Shown piece after piece: positions 27,807-39,324 of a stretch of 64,000 nucleotides of DNA (its first letter is position 1; every line of letters begins with the position of its first letter). Both the position numbers and the translations under genes were made by a program. The notes under the pieces are model-generated. The model had not been told where the DNA came from, ran no database searches, and saw only the letters and a list, made by a program, of their open reading frames with translations. The DNA comes from Desulfatiglandales bacterium (lineage in GTDB: Bacteria; Desulfobacterota; DSM-4660; Desulfatiglandales; Desulfatiglandaceae): the NCBI GenBank assembly GCA_963662465.1, contig OY759599.1:4544001-4608000 (forward strand), read 5' to 3'.

Positions 27807-29081
27807 ATGAAAGATACCCTGGCATTCATTATGGCCGGCGGCAGGGGAGAGCGACTGATGCCCCTAACCCGGGATCGAGCCAAACCCGCTGTTCCCTTCG
27901 GCGGCATATATCGACTCATAGACTTCACTCTGACCAATTGCGTCAATTCCCAGATTTACAAGATCATCGTTCTTCCCCAGTACAAATCCCAATCCCTCAA
28001 TGAACATCTTGAAGCGGGATGGAATATTTTCTCCCATAAATTCGGCCATTTCCTGAAAATCGTCCCCCCCCAGCAGCGGACCGGGCCCGACTGGTACATG
28101 GGAACGGCCGATTCCATCCGCCAGAATATTTATCTCATAAAACAGGTTAAACCGCAGCACGTCCTGGTCCTTTCCGGTGATCATATTTACAAAATGGACT
28201 ACGGCCTTTTGCTGAAATACCATCTGGAAAAAAAGGCCCATATGACCCTTTCCCTTCTGGAGGCGGGTAAAGACCTGGCCCCTGAAATGGGGGTTGCGCA
28301 GGTGGATGATGATTTCCGAATCAGAGGGTTTCAGGAGAAACCCAAGGAAAATATCCAGACCATACCCGGCGATCCCCACCATGTGCTGGCCTCCATGGGA
28401 ATTTATCTCTTTGAAACGGAAACCCTTCTGGAGCTCCTTCAATCGAAGCTGGAGGAAGATTTCGGCAAAGGCATCATCCCTTCTTCCCTGGAAACCCATC
28501 GGGTGTACGCCTATCCTTACAACCGGTGCAACCAGATCAAAGACTACGTCCACGTCACACGGGAAGACGGCATCCGGGAAGAGAAGCTGGAACCTAAGAT
28601 GCGTGATTCTTCTTACTGGCGGGACGTGGGAACCCTGGATGCCTACTGGAATGCCAACATGGATCTCACGGGACTGGACCCCCATTTCAACCTCTATGGC
28701 CGAAAGTGGCCCATTCACACCAACCTGATCCCGGCCCCACCCGCCAAATTCGTCTTTGCCAATGAACGTCAGGATGGTTTCCGGGTCGGCAAGGCCCTCG
28801 ATTCCATCGTGGCGCCGGGGTGCATCGTCAGCGGCATTGTCCGGGATTGCGTACTGAGCTATCGTGTGGTGGTGAGAAGCTGGGCGACCGTGGATGAATC
28901 GGTCATTCTGGACAATGTGGTGGTAGGACGACATTGCCGAATCAAAAAGGCGATTATCGATAAAAACAATATCATCCCCCAAGGCCTGGAAATCGGATAT
29001 CACCCCGAAGAAGACCGCAAACGGTTTACGGTAACCCCCCGGGGGATCGTGGTGGTGCCCAAGGGGTACTTCGGCGGTTAA
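27807..29081 (+). CDS. glgC: glucose-1-phosphate adenylyltransferase
   Basis: AGGRGERL.PLT..RAKPAVPFGG, GTAD, SGDHIYKMDY, EKP, ASMGIY, YWRDVG. Confidence 0.96.
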   Translation: MKDTLAFIMAGGRGERLMPLTRDRAKPAVPFGGIYRLIDFTLTNCVNSQIYKIIVLPQYKSQSLNEHLEAGWNIFSHKFGHFLKIVPPQQRTGPDWYMGTADSIRQNIYLIKQVKPQHVLVLSGDHIYKMDYGLLLKYHLEKKAHMTLSLLEAGKDLAPEMGVAQVDDDFRIRGFQEKPKENIQTIPGDPHHVLASMGIYLFETETLLELLQSKLEEDFGKGIIPSSLETHRVYAYPYNRCNQIKDYVHVTREDGIREEKLEPKMRDSSYWRDVGTLDAYWNANMDLTGLDPHFNLYGRKWPIHTNLIPAPPAKFVFANERQDGFRVGKALDSIVAPGCIVSGIVRDCVLSYRVVVRSWATVDESVILDNVVVGRHCRIKKAIIDKNNIIPQGLEIGYHPEEDRKRFTVTPRGIVVVPKGYFGG

Positions 29082-29199
29082 AATCGCTCCCGCCCCTCGT
29101 GGAGATTACGAATCTGCAGGCGGGCCGGCGGGACAGGACCCGTCCGACCGGACTTTTGAGAGATATAACATCGACACGCCAATGGATAAGGAGTACATC

Positions 29200-30822
29200 A
29201 TGACCGCCTCCCTTAAAAAAAACCTTCGATTCCTCGGTTACGCAATCGTCGCATTATTGCTTTTATGGATGCCCTTTGGCGCCGGCGCCGCGGAACCGGA
29301 AGCCGCCGTCCCTTCCCCCGGCGGAGAACTGGTGGTCAGTCTCTATGCGTCCCCGCACCATTTGAACCCGGCTATTCAGTCGGGATTGGCCACGGCTTTT
29401 CCGGGCGCCCAGATCTTTGCCGGGCTGGTTCGATTCGATAACGAGTGGCATCCCCATCCCTACCTGGCTGAAAAATGGGACATCTCAAAAGACGGATTGA
29501 CGGTAACGCTTCATCTGGTGAAAAACGCCCGGTTTCATGACGGCAAACCCATTACCAGCGAGGATGTGGCCTTTTCCATCATGACCGTAAAGGCCCTGCA
29601 CCCGTTTCAGTCCATGATGGCGCCGGTTACGCGAGTGGACACGCCGGATCCCTACACAGTGGTCATTCACCTGGAAAAACCGCATCCGGCCCTTCTGCCG
29701 GCCATGTCGCCGGCCCTTCTGCCCATCCTTCCCAAGCATGTGTATGGCAGCGTGGAAAAGGTCAAAAACCATCCCGCCAATATGAAGCCCATCGGCTCCG
29801 GTCCCTTCAAGCTGGAGGCCTTTGTTCCCGGAAAGGAGATCCGGCTTGTGAAAAACACGGATTTCTTCATCAAAGGCCGTCCCTATATGGATCGCCTGAC
29901 CATCAAGATTATCCGCAATACCCTGGAAGAAGGCATGGGCATGGAAACCGGGGATATTCACATGATGGTGAGCTTTCAGGACCTGGATGAATTCAATCAC
30001 CTGCGAAGCCTGGATTACCTGACGGTGGACCGAAACGGTTTCAAGGGCATCGGACCCATTTACTGGCTGGCCTTCAACCTGCAAAAAAAACCCTTTGATG
30101 ATGTTCGGGTTCGAAAAGCCATTGCCTACACCGTTGATCGCAAATTCATTATCAACGCACTCTTTGGAGGGGAAACCCTCGTCGAAACAGGCCCCATCTC
30201 ATCGGGCAGCCCTTTCTACTCATCCGATGTCCATCTTTACGAACAGAATTTTGAAAAGGCCAATCGTTTGCTGGACAAGGCCGGATATCCCCGCGACGAT
30301 TCCGGCAAACGATTCACCTTTCACATGACCTACATTCCCGATAGAGCGGCCAGCAACCAGAAAATGCTTGGATACCTGCGCGAGATTTTACTTAGAAAGC
30401 TGGGCGTGGAAGCCATCATCGATCATCCGAAAAACTTCGTTGAATGGGCCGAAAAGGTGTCCAACTGGGACTTTGATCTCTCCCTGGATGATGTTTTTAA
30501 CTGGGGAGACCCGGTCATCGGCGTTCACCGCACCTATCTGAGCAACAATATCCGCAAAGGCACGATATGGTCCAATACCCAGGGGTACCAAAATCCCAAA
30601 GTCGACGCGCTCCTGGAACAGGCCGGTTCGGAACCTGATTTTGAAAAACGCTATGCCCTGTACCGGCAATTCCAGAAGATCATCACCGATGAGCTTCCGG
30701 TTTACCCGATCTTTCAACCCCTGTTTGCCATCGCCTGCCACAAGGACCTCGGGGGGACCAACCAAAGCATCTGGGGATTGATGTCGCCCCTGGACACGGT
30801 TTACTGGAAAAAAGGTCATTAA
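29200..30822 (+). CDS. peptide/nickel ABC substrate-binding protein (family 5), orphan
   Basis: PYLAEKW, FHDGKPITSEDV.FS, PIGSGPF, VRKAI; AAGGAG RBS before ATG 29200. Confidence 0.9.
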   Translation: MTASLKKNLRFLGYAIVALLLLWMPFGAGAAEPEAAVPSPGGELVVSLYASPHHLNPAIQSGLATAFPGAQIFAGLVRFDNEWHPHPYLAEKWDISKDGLTVTLHLVKNARFHDGKPITSEDVAFSIMTVKALHPFQSMMAPVTRVDTPDPYTVVIHLEKPHPALLPAMSPALLPILPKHVYGSVEKVKNHPANMKPIGSGPFKLEAFVPGKEIRLVKNTDFFIKGRPYMDRLTIKIIRNTLEEGMGMETGDIHMMVSFQDLDEFNHLRSLDYLTVDRNGFKGIGPIYWLAFNLQKKPFDDVRVRKAIAYTVDRKFIINALFGGETLVETGPISSGSPFYSSDVHLYEQNFEKANRLLDKAGYPRDDSGKRFTFHMTYIPDRAASNQKMLGYLREILLRKLGVEAIIDHPKNFVEWAEKVSNWDFDLSLDDVFNWGDPVIGVHRTYLSNNIRKGTIWSNTQGYQNPKVDALLEQAGSEPDFEKRYALYRQFQKIITDELPVYPIFQPLFAIACHKDLGGTNQSIWGLMSPLDTVYWKKGH

Positions 30823-33012
30823 ATGCGCGGCCTTAAAAAAAACATTTTCTCCGGAATCTCTTTCAATGTAAGCCTGGGACTCGTATTGATCATCCTGGTA
30901 GCGTTTGTTATGAGCGGCGTTTCCAAACGCTATTTTGACAAGTTCGCGGGCCTGTTTCAGACTATTTCCGCACAACAGCTCCCCCTGCTCATTAACGCCT
31001 CCAAACTGGCAAAAGAAGCCGAGGGGCTCATCTCCGCCACATCGAATCTCGTTCTGACCAAGAGTCCGCTTCTCCTTGAATCCCTGTCGTTGAACATGGC
31101 GACAAACCTACAGGAAATCCAGACCCTCATTGCCGACATAAAAGCGGCCGGGATGGATGAGACCCTGGTTTTGGCCAAACGATCTCAACAGATTTCTGAA
31201 AATATTCAGGGCCTCGTGAACCTGATCATGGCCGATATGGAACTTGACCGGCGCATCCTTCAACTCTCCATTTATATGCGGCAAACAATGGATACGCTGA
31301 TCACCGCAAAGGAACCGGAGGCTGAAACATGCCCTCGTCCCGTTCGCGAGATGTTCATTCAGACATTCAGCCTGTTGCGGGACATGCCGAACATTTCGGA
31401 CAACCAAAGGCTGGAAGAATATGAAAGCCAGATCCTTGATCTGAAAACAATGATTGATGACGCCGGCAAGCGTAAATCCCTTGAGACCGGTACTTTACGG
31501 CGCTATTACCGGATACTGGCGCGTTACGGCCTGGGAGATAAAGGGCTGCTGGTCCTGACGAAACGCCATTTGAAGCAGAAAACACGCATTCAGGACAAGC
31601 TGATCCAAAATGCATTTTTATCCGATGAACTGGTCGAACAGACCGAACGGGTATTCTTGACCATTTCCGGAACGATCCGCCGGCAAAGCCAAAAAGCGAC
31701 GGATGAGATAGAATGGATTGGAAGACTCTTCCTGGTGATTCCCGCGGTCATCCTCATGAGCGCCATACTGATTTTTCTGTTTATCCGCCATTCGGTCATC
31801 GGTCGCATTTTGACCCTTAAACAGGTGATGAAGGCCCATGTTCAGGGAAATCCCCTTCCCATTCCCAGCGATGGAAAAGACGAAATCGCCGACATGGCCC
31901 AATCCGTTGCCTATTTCGTCAAGAAACGGGATGATGATGATGCCAGTCTTCGAGAGGCCCGGGAGACGGCGGAAAAGGCCAACCAGGCCAAAAGTATATT
32001 TTTGGCCAACATGAGCCATGAACTCCGCACCCCACTCAACGGCATTCTGGGATTTTCCCAGCTCCTGGCCCGAAGTAGTGCCCTTTCCTCCCATGACATG
32101 GAACATCTTGACATTATCCGCCGAAGCGGCGAACATCTCCTCGCCCTGATCAATCAGGTCCTGGATTTTACCACCATCGAAGCGGGGCGAGAGACCCTGA
32201 AGGAAGCTGATTTCAATCTTGACGGACTGCTGAACGAAGTGAAAAGCATGTTTAAAATCCAGGCCGATCGAAAACAACTGAACTTTTTCTTCGAACGGGG
32301 TAAAAAGGCCCCCCGGTATATCCGTTGTGATCCGATCAAACTCCGGCAGGTGCTCATCAACCTCCTGAACAACGCCTTTAAGTTTACGGAAAAGGGGCGC
32401 ATCACCCTGCGAATGGACATGGAGAAAAACAACGGCAAACTGCTCGGAAACAAAAACGAATTGCCGAGTCTTGTTTTTGAAGTGGAAGACACCGGCAAAG
32501 GGATCGCCCCCGGAGAACTCAGCAAAATTTTCGACCCCTTTGAACAGGCGGAAGCCGGTCGCCTGGAAACCGAAGGCACCGGACTGGGACTGGCCATCAG
32601 CCGACGGTTTATTGAACTGATGGGCGGCCATATCACAGTGGAAAGCAACCTCGGCCGAGGGTCGTTGTTCAGATTTGACATTTGTATCCATAAAGTCCGA
32701 TCCCTCAGAGAGTCGGATATGCATGTGCCTCTGAAAATACATTTGGGGATTCCCTGGATTCATGAAACGGATCACGACCCCATAAGCGAACCTGCGCCCA
32801 CCGGCCCGGAGAGCTGGATGGGGCGGTTCAGGACGGTTCCAGCCCCGTTACAGAAGCAGCTTAAAGACGCATTGCTACGTGCCGACATGGAAGCCATTGA
32901 TCCGTTGATCGTCCAAGTAGCCGGGCATGACCCTCTTCTCGGAGCGAAGTTTAGGGAATTGGCCCATGAATTCGAATATAAAACCATTCTGTCCCTGATA
33001 AAAGGGGCATAA
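30823..33012 (+). CDS. membrane sensor histidine kinase (TM-periplasmic-HAMP-HisKA-HATPase)
   Basis: Two TM segments, [30 protein letters not shown]; no REC domain. Confidence 0.92.
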   Translation: MRGLKKNIFSGISFNVSLGLVLIILVAFVMSGVSKRYFDKFAGLFQTISAQQLPLLINASKLAKEAEGLISATSNLVLTKSPLLLESLSLNMATNLQEIQTLIADIKAAGMDETLVLAKRSQQISENIQGLVNLIMADMELDRRILQLSIYMRQTMDTLITAKEPEAETCPRPVREMFIQTFSLLRDMPNISDNQRLEEYESQILDLKTMIDDAGKRKSLETGTLRRYYRILARYGLGDKGLLVLTKRHLKQKTRIQDKLIQNAFLSDELVEQTERVFLTISGTIRRQSQKATDEIEWIGRLFLVIPAVILMSAILIFLFIRHSVIGRILTLKQVMKAHVQGNPLPIPSDGKDEIADMAQSVAYFVKKRDDDDASLREARETAEKANQAKSIFLANMSHELRTPLNGILGFSQLLARSSALSSHDMEHLDIIRRSGEHLLALINQVLDFTTIEAGRETLKEADFNLDGLLNEVKSMFKIQADRKQLNFFFERGKKAPRYIRCDPIKLRQVLINLLNNAFKFTEKGRITLRMDMEKNNGKLLGNKNELPSLVFEVEDTGKGIAPGELSKIFDPFEQAEAGRLETEGTGLGLAISRRFIELMGGHITVESNLGRGSLFRFDICIHKVRSLRESDMHVPLKIHLGIPWIHETDHDPISEPAPTGPESWMGRFRTVPAPLQKQLKDALLRADMEAIDPLIVQVAGHDPLLGAKFRELAHEFEYKTILSLIKGA

Positions 33013-33028
33013 AAGGAGTAATGACATC

Positions 33029-33664
33029 ATGGCCGAAAGTTGTGGCAATATCCTGGTGGTGGACGACACCAAAATGAATCTCAGAATCCTGGCGGAGGCC
33101 CTGGGAGCTGAAGGATACCGGGTTCGACCGGCCCTGAACGGTGAAATTGCCCTTGAAGCGGCACAAAAAGAGGTGCCTGATCTCATCCTCCTGGATATCC
33201 TCATGCCCGGCATGAACGGCTACCAGGTATGCGAAACCCTGAAAGAGGATGCGCGCCTCAAAGACATACCGGTGATTTTCATCAGCGCATTGGATGAAGT
33301 GGGCGACAAAATGAAAGGGTTCAGGGCGGGGGGCGTGGATTATATCAGCAAGCCCTTTCAAACGGAAGAAGTGCTGGCCCGCGTCAGGACGCATCTGACG
33401 CTCAGAAATCTTCAAAAGGATCTTCAGGAGAAAAATATCCATTTACAAAAATTAAACAGTGATCTTCAAAGCGCCCTGGATGAAATCAAAACCCTGCGCG
33501 GCATCATTCCCATATGCTCGCACTGCAAGAAAATACGGGATGATGACGATAGCTGGCAACGGATCGAAAAATATATCGGGGAACATTCCGATGCGGAATT
33601 CAGCCACGGCATCTGCCCTGAGTGCCTGAAGAAGTACTATCCCGAATTCGATTTGGGTAATTGA
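33029..33664 (+). CDS. response regulator with C-terminal CxxC/CxxC domain
   Basis: ILVVDD, LLDILMP, KPF; IPICSHCKKIRD...W..IE.YI..FSHGICPEC. Confidence 0.92.
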   Translation: MAESCGNILVVDDTKMNLRILAEALGAEGYRVRPALNGEIALEAAQKEVPDLILLDILMPGMNGYQVCETLKEDARLKDIPVIFISALDEVGDKMKGFRAGGVDYISKPFQTEEVLARVRTHLTLRNLQKDLQEKNIHLQKLNSDLQSALDEIKTLRGIIPICSHCKKIRDDDDSWQRIEKYIGEHSDAEFSHGICPECLKKYYPEFDLGN

Positions 33665-33685
33665 TTCAAGGAACCCAAAAAAGCC

Positions 33686-36600
33686 ATGTTTCGAAAAAAC
33701 CAAGATGGGTGGACATCCTCCACCAAGGTGGTCATCATTGCCGCCCTCATCTGGACCGGTCTGGTGGTTGTCTCCTGCTACTGGAACTGGACTCAAGTAA
33801 AACAATCCATGATGTCCCTGGCCGAATCCGAAGCCCAATCCAGTTTCAACAAGGACGTGGTCTATCGGAGGTGGGTAGCCCAGCAAGGGGGGGTATATGT
33901 CCACCCCTCTGAAAAAACCCCTCCCAATCCATATCTGGCCCATCTTCCCAACCGGGACCTGGTCACCACGTCAGGCCAAAATCTAACCCTGGTCAATCCG
34001 GCCTACATGACGCGCCAGGTCCATGAGATGGGAAAGGCGCAGTACGGGCTGAGAGGCCACATCACCAGCCTGACCCCCCTGCGTCCGGGAAACGCCCCGG
34101 ATATTTGGGAAAGCAAGGCCCTTCACGCCTTTGAGTCCGGCGCCCCGGAAGTGATTTCAATTGAGACCATTGAAGGGAAACCGTTTCTAAGATTCATGCG
34201 ACCGTTTTATACCGAACGATCCTGTCTGAAATGTCACGGCCACCAGGGCTACCGGGAAGGGGACATTCGGGGCGGCATCAGCCTTGCGGTTCCCCTTGGA
34301 CCCCATTTTGAGGAAATGAAACGGCAAAGGGCCCTGTTATTGACCGCCCATGTAGTGATCGGCCTTCTGGGTCTTTTCGGTCTGTGGATAGCAAACAGGC
34401 TGCTCTCTAGCTCGGAGATCAAAGTTCATGGATCCCACCACAGGCTCCACCAGATCATCGAGTTTCTACCCGACGCCACATTTGTCATCGACCGGGAAGG
34501 CCGGGTGGTGGCTTGGAACCGGGCCATTGAAGACTTGACCGGGGTCAAGGCGGAGGAGATGCTCGGCAAGGGCGATCATGAATACGCCCTCCCCTTCTAT
34601 AACAAACGCCGGCCGGTGATGATCGACCTGGTGATCGCGGACGATCATTCCCTGGATCACATGTACGCCTATGTCAAGCGGGATAAAGAGCGTTACGAAT
34701 CCGAATCCTTTATTCCCCACCTGAAACCCGGCGGCGCTTATCTATACAATACGGCCCGGGCCCTCTACGATGACGAGGGTCGCCTGATGGGCGCCATCGA
34801 GTCCATCAGAGACATCACGGATCAGAAAAAGGCCGAGGCGGCACTGGAAGAATCACGTCGTCAGCTCGCTGAGATCATAGACTTTTTTCCGGACGCCCTT
34901 TTTGTCATTGACAACCGGTCACAGGTGGTGGCATGGAACCGGGCCATGGAAGAATTAACCGACATTCCGGCTGAAACCATCATCGGCAAGGGGGACTACG
35001 AACATGCCCTGCCTTTTTACGGGGAACGAAGACCCATCCTCATTGATCTGGCCCTTTCCTGGGATGAACGTTATTTGGAAAAATATATCTCCGTCAAAAG
35101 GCGGGAAGACGGCGTGCTGATCTCCGAATCCTACCATCCCCATCTCAAAGGCGGCCTCTATCTTTCGGGAACGGCCCGTTTGCTTCGAAACGCTCAGGGG
35201 CAACCCCGGTGGGCCATTGAAAGCCTTCGGGATATCACGGCCATCAAAAAAGCGGAAATCACACTAAAAGCCGCCCGGCAGGCCGCCGAGGAGGCCAACC
35301 GCGCCAAAAGCGAGTTCCTGGCCAACATGAGCCACGAAATCCGAACGCCCTTAAACGGCGTGATCGGCATAACCAGCCTTCTGTTGGATGAAAACCTCAC
35401 GGACCAGCAACATTACTATGCTGAACTCGTGTACAAGAGTGGAGAAGCCCTGCTGACCATCATCAACGAAATCCTGGATTTTTCCAAGATTGAAGCGGGA
35501 AAGGTGGACCTGGAAACCCTTGATTTTGATCTTTACAGCCTCATGGACGATTTCATCTCGACCCTGGCCCCGCGCGCTCACGAAAAAGGTCTGGAACTGC
35601 TGTGCGGCATCGATCCCGAGGTTCCGGCCCTGCTTCGGAGCGACCCCGGACGTCTGCGGCAGATCCTCACCAACCTCGTCGGCAACGCCATCAAATTTAC
35701 CGAAAAGGGCGAGGTAGCGGTTCGGGTAGCCCTTGAATCCCAGGATAACGAATCGGTGACCCCGCGGTTCACCGTTCGGGATACGGGGATCGGCATTCCC
35801 GAAAACAGGATGTCATCGATCTTTGAAAAATTTACCCAGGCCGATGCCTCCACCACCCGCCGGTATGGCGGCACGGGCCTGGGACTTGCCATCACCCGCC
35901 TGCTGGTGGAACGTATGGGAGGCCGGATCGGAGTGGAGAGCAAAAAAGGCCAAGGCGCCACTTTCTGGTTTTGCCTGCCCCTGGCCCTACAACCCGGGAA
36001 AGCGAAAATTCAACTGCCTGGACCGGCTGAGATCCGGGGGCGCCGGATCCTGGTGGTGGATGACAATGCCACCAACCGCGAAATCCTCGTCCTGCGCCTG
36101 GGCGCCTGGGGCATGCGGCCCGTGGAAGCAGACGACGGCCTAGCGGGGCTTCAGGCCCTTGCCGATGGGCTGGCGGAGAAAGACCCCTTTAAAATCGTCC
36201 TGGTGGATATGCATATGCCCGGCATGGACGGGGCCGACTTTTGCCGGGCCGTCAAGGCGGACGCACGGTTCACGGACGTGCCCCTGGTACTCCTGACGTC
36301 CGTGGGGTTCCGGGGAGAAGCACGCCGGGTTCGGGAACTAGGCTTTTCAGGGTATCTCACCAAACCCGTCAGCCATTCGGATCTCTTTGACGTGCTGAAC
36401 CAGGTGATGATCGGCCGGAATGTCACACCCAAACCCCTTGTCACGCGCCATTCAACCCGGGAACTCAAGCGACTGAAAAACGTAACCGGGGCACGCATCC
36501 TTCTGGTGGAGGACAATATCACCAACCGGCAGGTAGCGTTGGGCATCCTTGAAAAACTGGGCCTGCAAACCGACACGGCGGAAAACGGCTTGGAGGCCCT

Positions 36601-37315
36601 AAAAGCCCTCGAGACCATCCCCTACGACCTGGTCCTCATGGACATCCAGATGCCGGAGATGGACGGGCTCACCGCTACCCGGAAAATTCGAAGCACGAAT
36701 ATGGAAATTCGAAACCTGCCCATCATCGCCATGACCGCCCATGCCCTTTCAGGCGACCGGGAAAGGTTCCTCGAAGCCGGGATGAACGATTACCTGGCCA
36801 AACCCATCAGCCCCCAGGGACTGGCCGATGTTCTGAGCCGATGGTTGCCGGAGGTCGGAGGTCAGAGGTCGGAAGACAGAGGTCGGAGGTCAGAGGTCAG
36901 AGGTCAGAGGTCGGAGGACGGAGGTGGGAAGTCGGAAGTCGGAGGGCGGGGGGCGGACGACGGAAATGCGGTATTCGATTCGGAGAGTTTCATGAAACGG
37001 GTGATGGGAGATGAAGCGCTCGGGCGTAAGGTAATGATCGGCTTTCTGGACGACATGCCCCGGCAGATGGCGATGTTAAAAGAATATATCGCGGCAAAGG
37101 ACAGCGTGGCGATTGAGCGTCAGGCCCACACCATCAAGGGCGCCATGGCCAATATGGGGGCGGAGACGGCACGTGGGTCGGCCTTTCAGATTGAAAAGGC
37201 CGGAAGGGCAAAGGACCCGGCATCCGCTGAAAAACATCTGAGTACACTGGAGACCGCTTTTGAAGCCCTAAAAAAAGAACTGGAACGGAAAATCAAGGAC
37301 TTTGATAACCGATAA
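33686..37315 (+). CDS. hybrid histidine kinase: periplasmic heme-c (DUF3365-like), 2 PAS, HisKA, HATPase, 2 REC, Hpt
   Basis: CLKCH; duplicated PAS (PDA.FVID..VVAWNRA); SHEIRTPL; two REC; AHTIKG. Confidence 0.93.
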   Translation: MFRKNQDGWTSSTKVVIIAALIWTGLVVVSCYWNWTQVKQSMMSLAESEAQSSFNKDVVYRRWVAQQGGVYVHPSEKTPPNPYLAHLPNRDLVTTSGQNLTLVNPAYMTRQVHEMGKAQYGLRGHITSLTPLRPGNAPDIWESKALHAFESGAPEVISIETIEGKPFLRFMRPFYTERSCLKCHGHQGYREGDIRGGISLAVPLGPHFEEMKRQRALLLTAHVVIGLLGLFGLWIANRLLSSSEIKVHGSHHRLHQIIEFLPDATFVIDREGRVVAWNRAIEDLTGVKAEEMLGKGDHEYALPFYNKRRPVMIDLVIADDHSLDHMYAYVKRDKERYESESFIPHLKPGGAYLYNTARALYDDEGRLMGAIESIRDITDQKKAEAALEESRRQLAEIIDFFPDALFVIDNRSQVVAWNRAMEELTDIPAETIIGKGDYEHALPFYGERRPILIDLALSWDERYLEKYISVKRREDGVLISESYHPHLKGGLYLSGTARLLRNAQGQPRWAIESLRDITAIKKAEITLKAARQAAEEANRAKSEFLANMSHEIRTPLNGVIGITSLLLDENLTDQQHYYAELVYKSGEALLTIINEILDFSKIEAGKVDLETLDFDLYSLMDDFISTLAPRAHEKGLELLCGIDPEVPALLRSDPGRLRQILTNLVGNAIKFTEKGEVAVRVALESQDNESVTPRFTVRDTGIGIPENRMSSIFEKFTQADASTTRRYGGTGLGLAITRLLVERMGGRIGVESKKGQGATFWFCLPLALQPGKAKIQLPGPAEIRGRRILVVDDNATNREILVLRLGAWGMRPVEADDGLAGLQALADGLAEKDPFKIVLVDMHMPGMDGADFCRAVKADARFTDVPLVLLTSVGFRGEARRVRELGFSGYLTKPVSHSDLFDVLNQVMIGRNVTPKPLVTRHSTRELKRLKNVTGARILLVEDNITNRQVALGILEKLGLQTDTAENGLEALKALETIPYDLVLMDIQMPEMDGLTATRKIRSTNMEIRNLPIIAMTAHALSGDRERFLEAGMNDYLAKPISPQGLADVLSRWLPEVGGQRSEDRGRRSEVRGQRSEDGGGKSEVGGRGADDGNAVFDSESFMKRVMGDEALGRKVMIGFLDDMPRQMAMLKEYIAAKDSVAIERQAHTIKGAMANMGAETARGSAFQIEKAGRAKDPASAEKHLSTLETAFEALKKELERKIKDFDNR
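36851..36948 (+). repeat. heptamer tandem repeat (GAGGTCR, 14 units) inside CDS
   Basis: gaggtcg/gaggtca/gaggtcg/gaagaca/... encodes EVGGQRSEDRGRRSEVRGQRSE linker. Confidence 0.9.
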
Positions 37316-37331
37316 GGGAGAATCAAAACAA

Positions 37332-37934
37332 ATGAAAATTCTCATTGCGGAAGATGACCTGACGTCGAGAACCCTGCTCAGTGGGATATTGGAGAAGTGG
37401 GGATATGAACCCATCGAGGCCACGGACGGGGAGACAGCATGGTGGATCATGCAACAGACGAATGCCCCGCCGCTGGTTATTTTAGACTGGATCATGCCGG
37501 GGATGGAAGGTCTGGAGGTAGTGCGCCGGGTCAGGGAGGTTGAAACGGAACGCCCGCCTTACATTATTCTTTTGACCAGCAAACAGGGAAAGGAGAATAT
37601 CATCACCGGGCTTGAGGTCGGCGCCAACGACTACATGGTCAAACCCTTCGATCCCGACGAACTTCGCGCCCGGGTACAGGTGGGACAGCGCATGGTGGAA
37701 ATCCAGGAACGGCTTCTGGCAAAGATGCAGGAATTGCAAAAGGCAGTGGATCATATCCAGAACCTGGAAAAGATACTCCCCATTTGCTCCTTCTGCAAAA
37801 AGATACGCGACGATGCCGGAAAATGGGAACAGGTGGAAGCCTATGTCTCCAAGAGATCAGGGGCGCTTTTTTCCCACGGCATCTGCCCTGAGTGCATGGC
37901 GAAACATTATCCCGATATAGACATGGATGCTTGA
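37332..37934 (+). CDS. response regulator with C-terminal CxxC/CxxC domain
   Basis: MKILIAEDD, LDWIMP, KPF; LPICSFCKKIRD...FSHGICPEC. Confidence 0.92.
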   Translation: MKILIAEDDLTSRTLLSGILEKWGYEPIEATDGETAWWIMQQTNAPPLVILDWIMPGMEGLEVVRRVREVETERPPYIILLTSKQGKENIITGLEVGANDYMVKPFDPDELRARVQVGQRMVEIQERLLAKMQELQKAVDHIQNLEKILPICSFCKKIRDDAGKWEQVEAYVSKRSGALFSHGICPECMAKHYPDIDMDA

Positions 37935-38023
37935 TCAGATGCTTATGAGTATCTATCGCGGCGCTTGACAAACAGCCGGAATCCAAACAAATTCACCTCC
38001 ATCAAAAAATACTCACGTGTGTT

Positions 38024-39313
38024 TTAACATGGCGCTTCGATACTTTCGGAACATTGATGCCTGGGAAGCCGAAGGCGAAAGCAGGCGCCCTGGTTTTCCT
38101 CTGAATCCACCGTGATGGAACCCTTGTGCTTATCCGTGATGATTTGATAGGCCAGGCTCAACCCCAGGCCGGTACCGCTGCCCACCGGTTTGGTGGTAAA
38201 GAAAGGATCAAAAATCTTATCTCGAATATTTTCGGGAATGCCGGGACCCGTGTCCTGAAATTCCAGGACCAGCCATTCTTCATCCTGCCGCCCACGAATG
38301 GTCAAGTCTCCGCCCGACGCCATGGCTTGGGCCCCATTGACAATGAGGTTCATGAACACCTGATTCAGGTCCGACGGATAACAGTCCAGGGGATCGAGAG
38401 GGTCCAGTTCCAGATGAACCCGTATCCCTCTTTTTCGCAGTTCCGAATCCGCGAGAGAAAGGGTGGAACAAAGGTTTTCCGCCACGTCAACGGTCTTTCG
38501 CTCGGCCTCATCCAGACGGGAAAAGGTCCTCAGATTCTGAACAATCTCTTTGACCCGCACGGCGCCTTCAAGGGACCCTTTGATCAGATCCGGAAAATCC
38601 TCCAGAACGAATTCCAGATCATGCGCCTCCCGCAAAGCGTCGAGGACCTGCCCCCCCTGCTCTCCCACCTTTTCCAGAAAAAGAGATTCCAGGCCCCCGT
38701 AGGCCGTAGAAAGATCGGAAAAAGATTCCTTCAGGCTGTGCAGGTTACTGATCACAAACCCAATGGGGTTGTTCACCTCGTGGGCCACTCCCGCCACCAG
38801 TTGACCCAGGGCCGTCATTTTCTCCGCATGAATCAACATGGCCTGGGTTTCCCGCAGTTCTTTAAGGGTTTGTTCCAGGAGGGTATTCTTCTTGATCAAC
38901 TGACGCTGAAGGTTGTTGATTTCCCGGTTCATGGCCGTCATCCGGGTATTGATCATATCCAGCTCAGCCACGTCATACTCCGCGGCAATCAGAACCTGGT
39001 CCCGGCGTCGATAGACCCTTGCCCGCGTACTTCGAGATTGCTCCAGGCCGTTCCCGGTGGTGAAAAAGCCTTCGAAAACGGGTCGGTCCCGAGCCGGTTC
39101 CGCGACCAGCTTTTCAAAGGACGGGTTCACCAGGGATTGGGCGGGAACTCCCGTTTCGCCGTCAACAGCCAGAAGATCAACCATCCCGTCGTTGGCGTAA
39201 ATGAGCCGTCCCGTCAGGTCAAAAACCCCAAGTGCCAGTGAGGTTGTTTTCCGGAGCAGCTCGGGAAGCAGATCAATCCAAATCCCGGGCAGTGGCGTCA
39301 TGGAAAGAGGCAT
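38024..39313 (-). CDS. cytoplasmic histidine kinase (PAS-like, coiled coil, HisKA, HATPase)
   Basis: [38 protein letters not shown]. Confidence 0.92.
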   Translation of the reverse strand: MPLSMTPLPGIWIDLLPELLRKTTSLALGVFDLTGRLIYANDGMVDLLAVDGETGVPAQSLVNPSFEKLVAEPARDRPVFEGFFTTGNGLEQSRSTRARVYRRRDQVLIAAEYDVAELDMINTRMTAMNREINNLQRQLIKKNTLLEQTLKELRETQAMLIHAEKMTALGQLVAGVAHEVNNPIGFVISNLHSLKESFSDLSTAYGGLESLFLEKVGEQGGQVLDALREAHDLEFVLEDFPDLIKGSLEGAVRVKEIVQNLRTFSRLDEAERKTVDVAENLCSTLSLADSELRKRGIRVHLELDPLDPLDCYPSDLNQVFMNLIVNGAQAMASGGDLTIRGRQDEEWLVLEFQDTGPGIPENIRDKIFDPFFTTKPVGSGTGLGLSLAYQIITDKHKGSITVDSEENQGACFRLRLPRHQCSESIEAPC

Positions 39314-39324
39314 GTGGTTTTCTC

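Noticed and set aside
36851..36948. Repeat tract considered as a CRISPR array
   Set aside because: 7-bp tandem units without unique spacers, located inside a CDS
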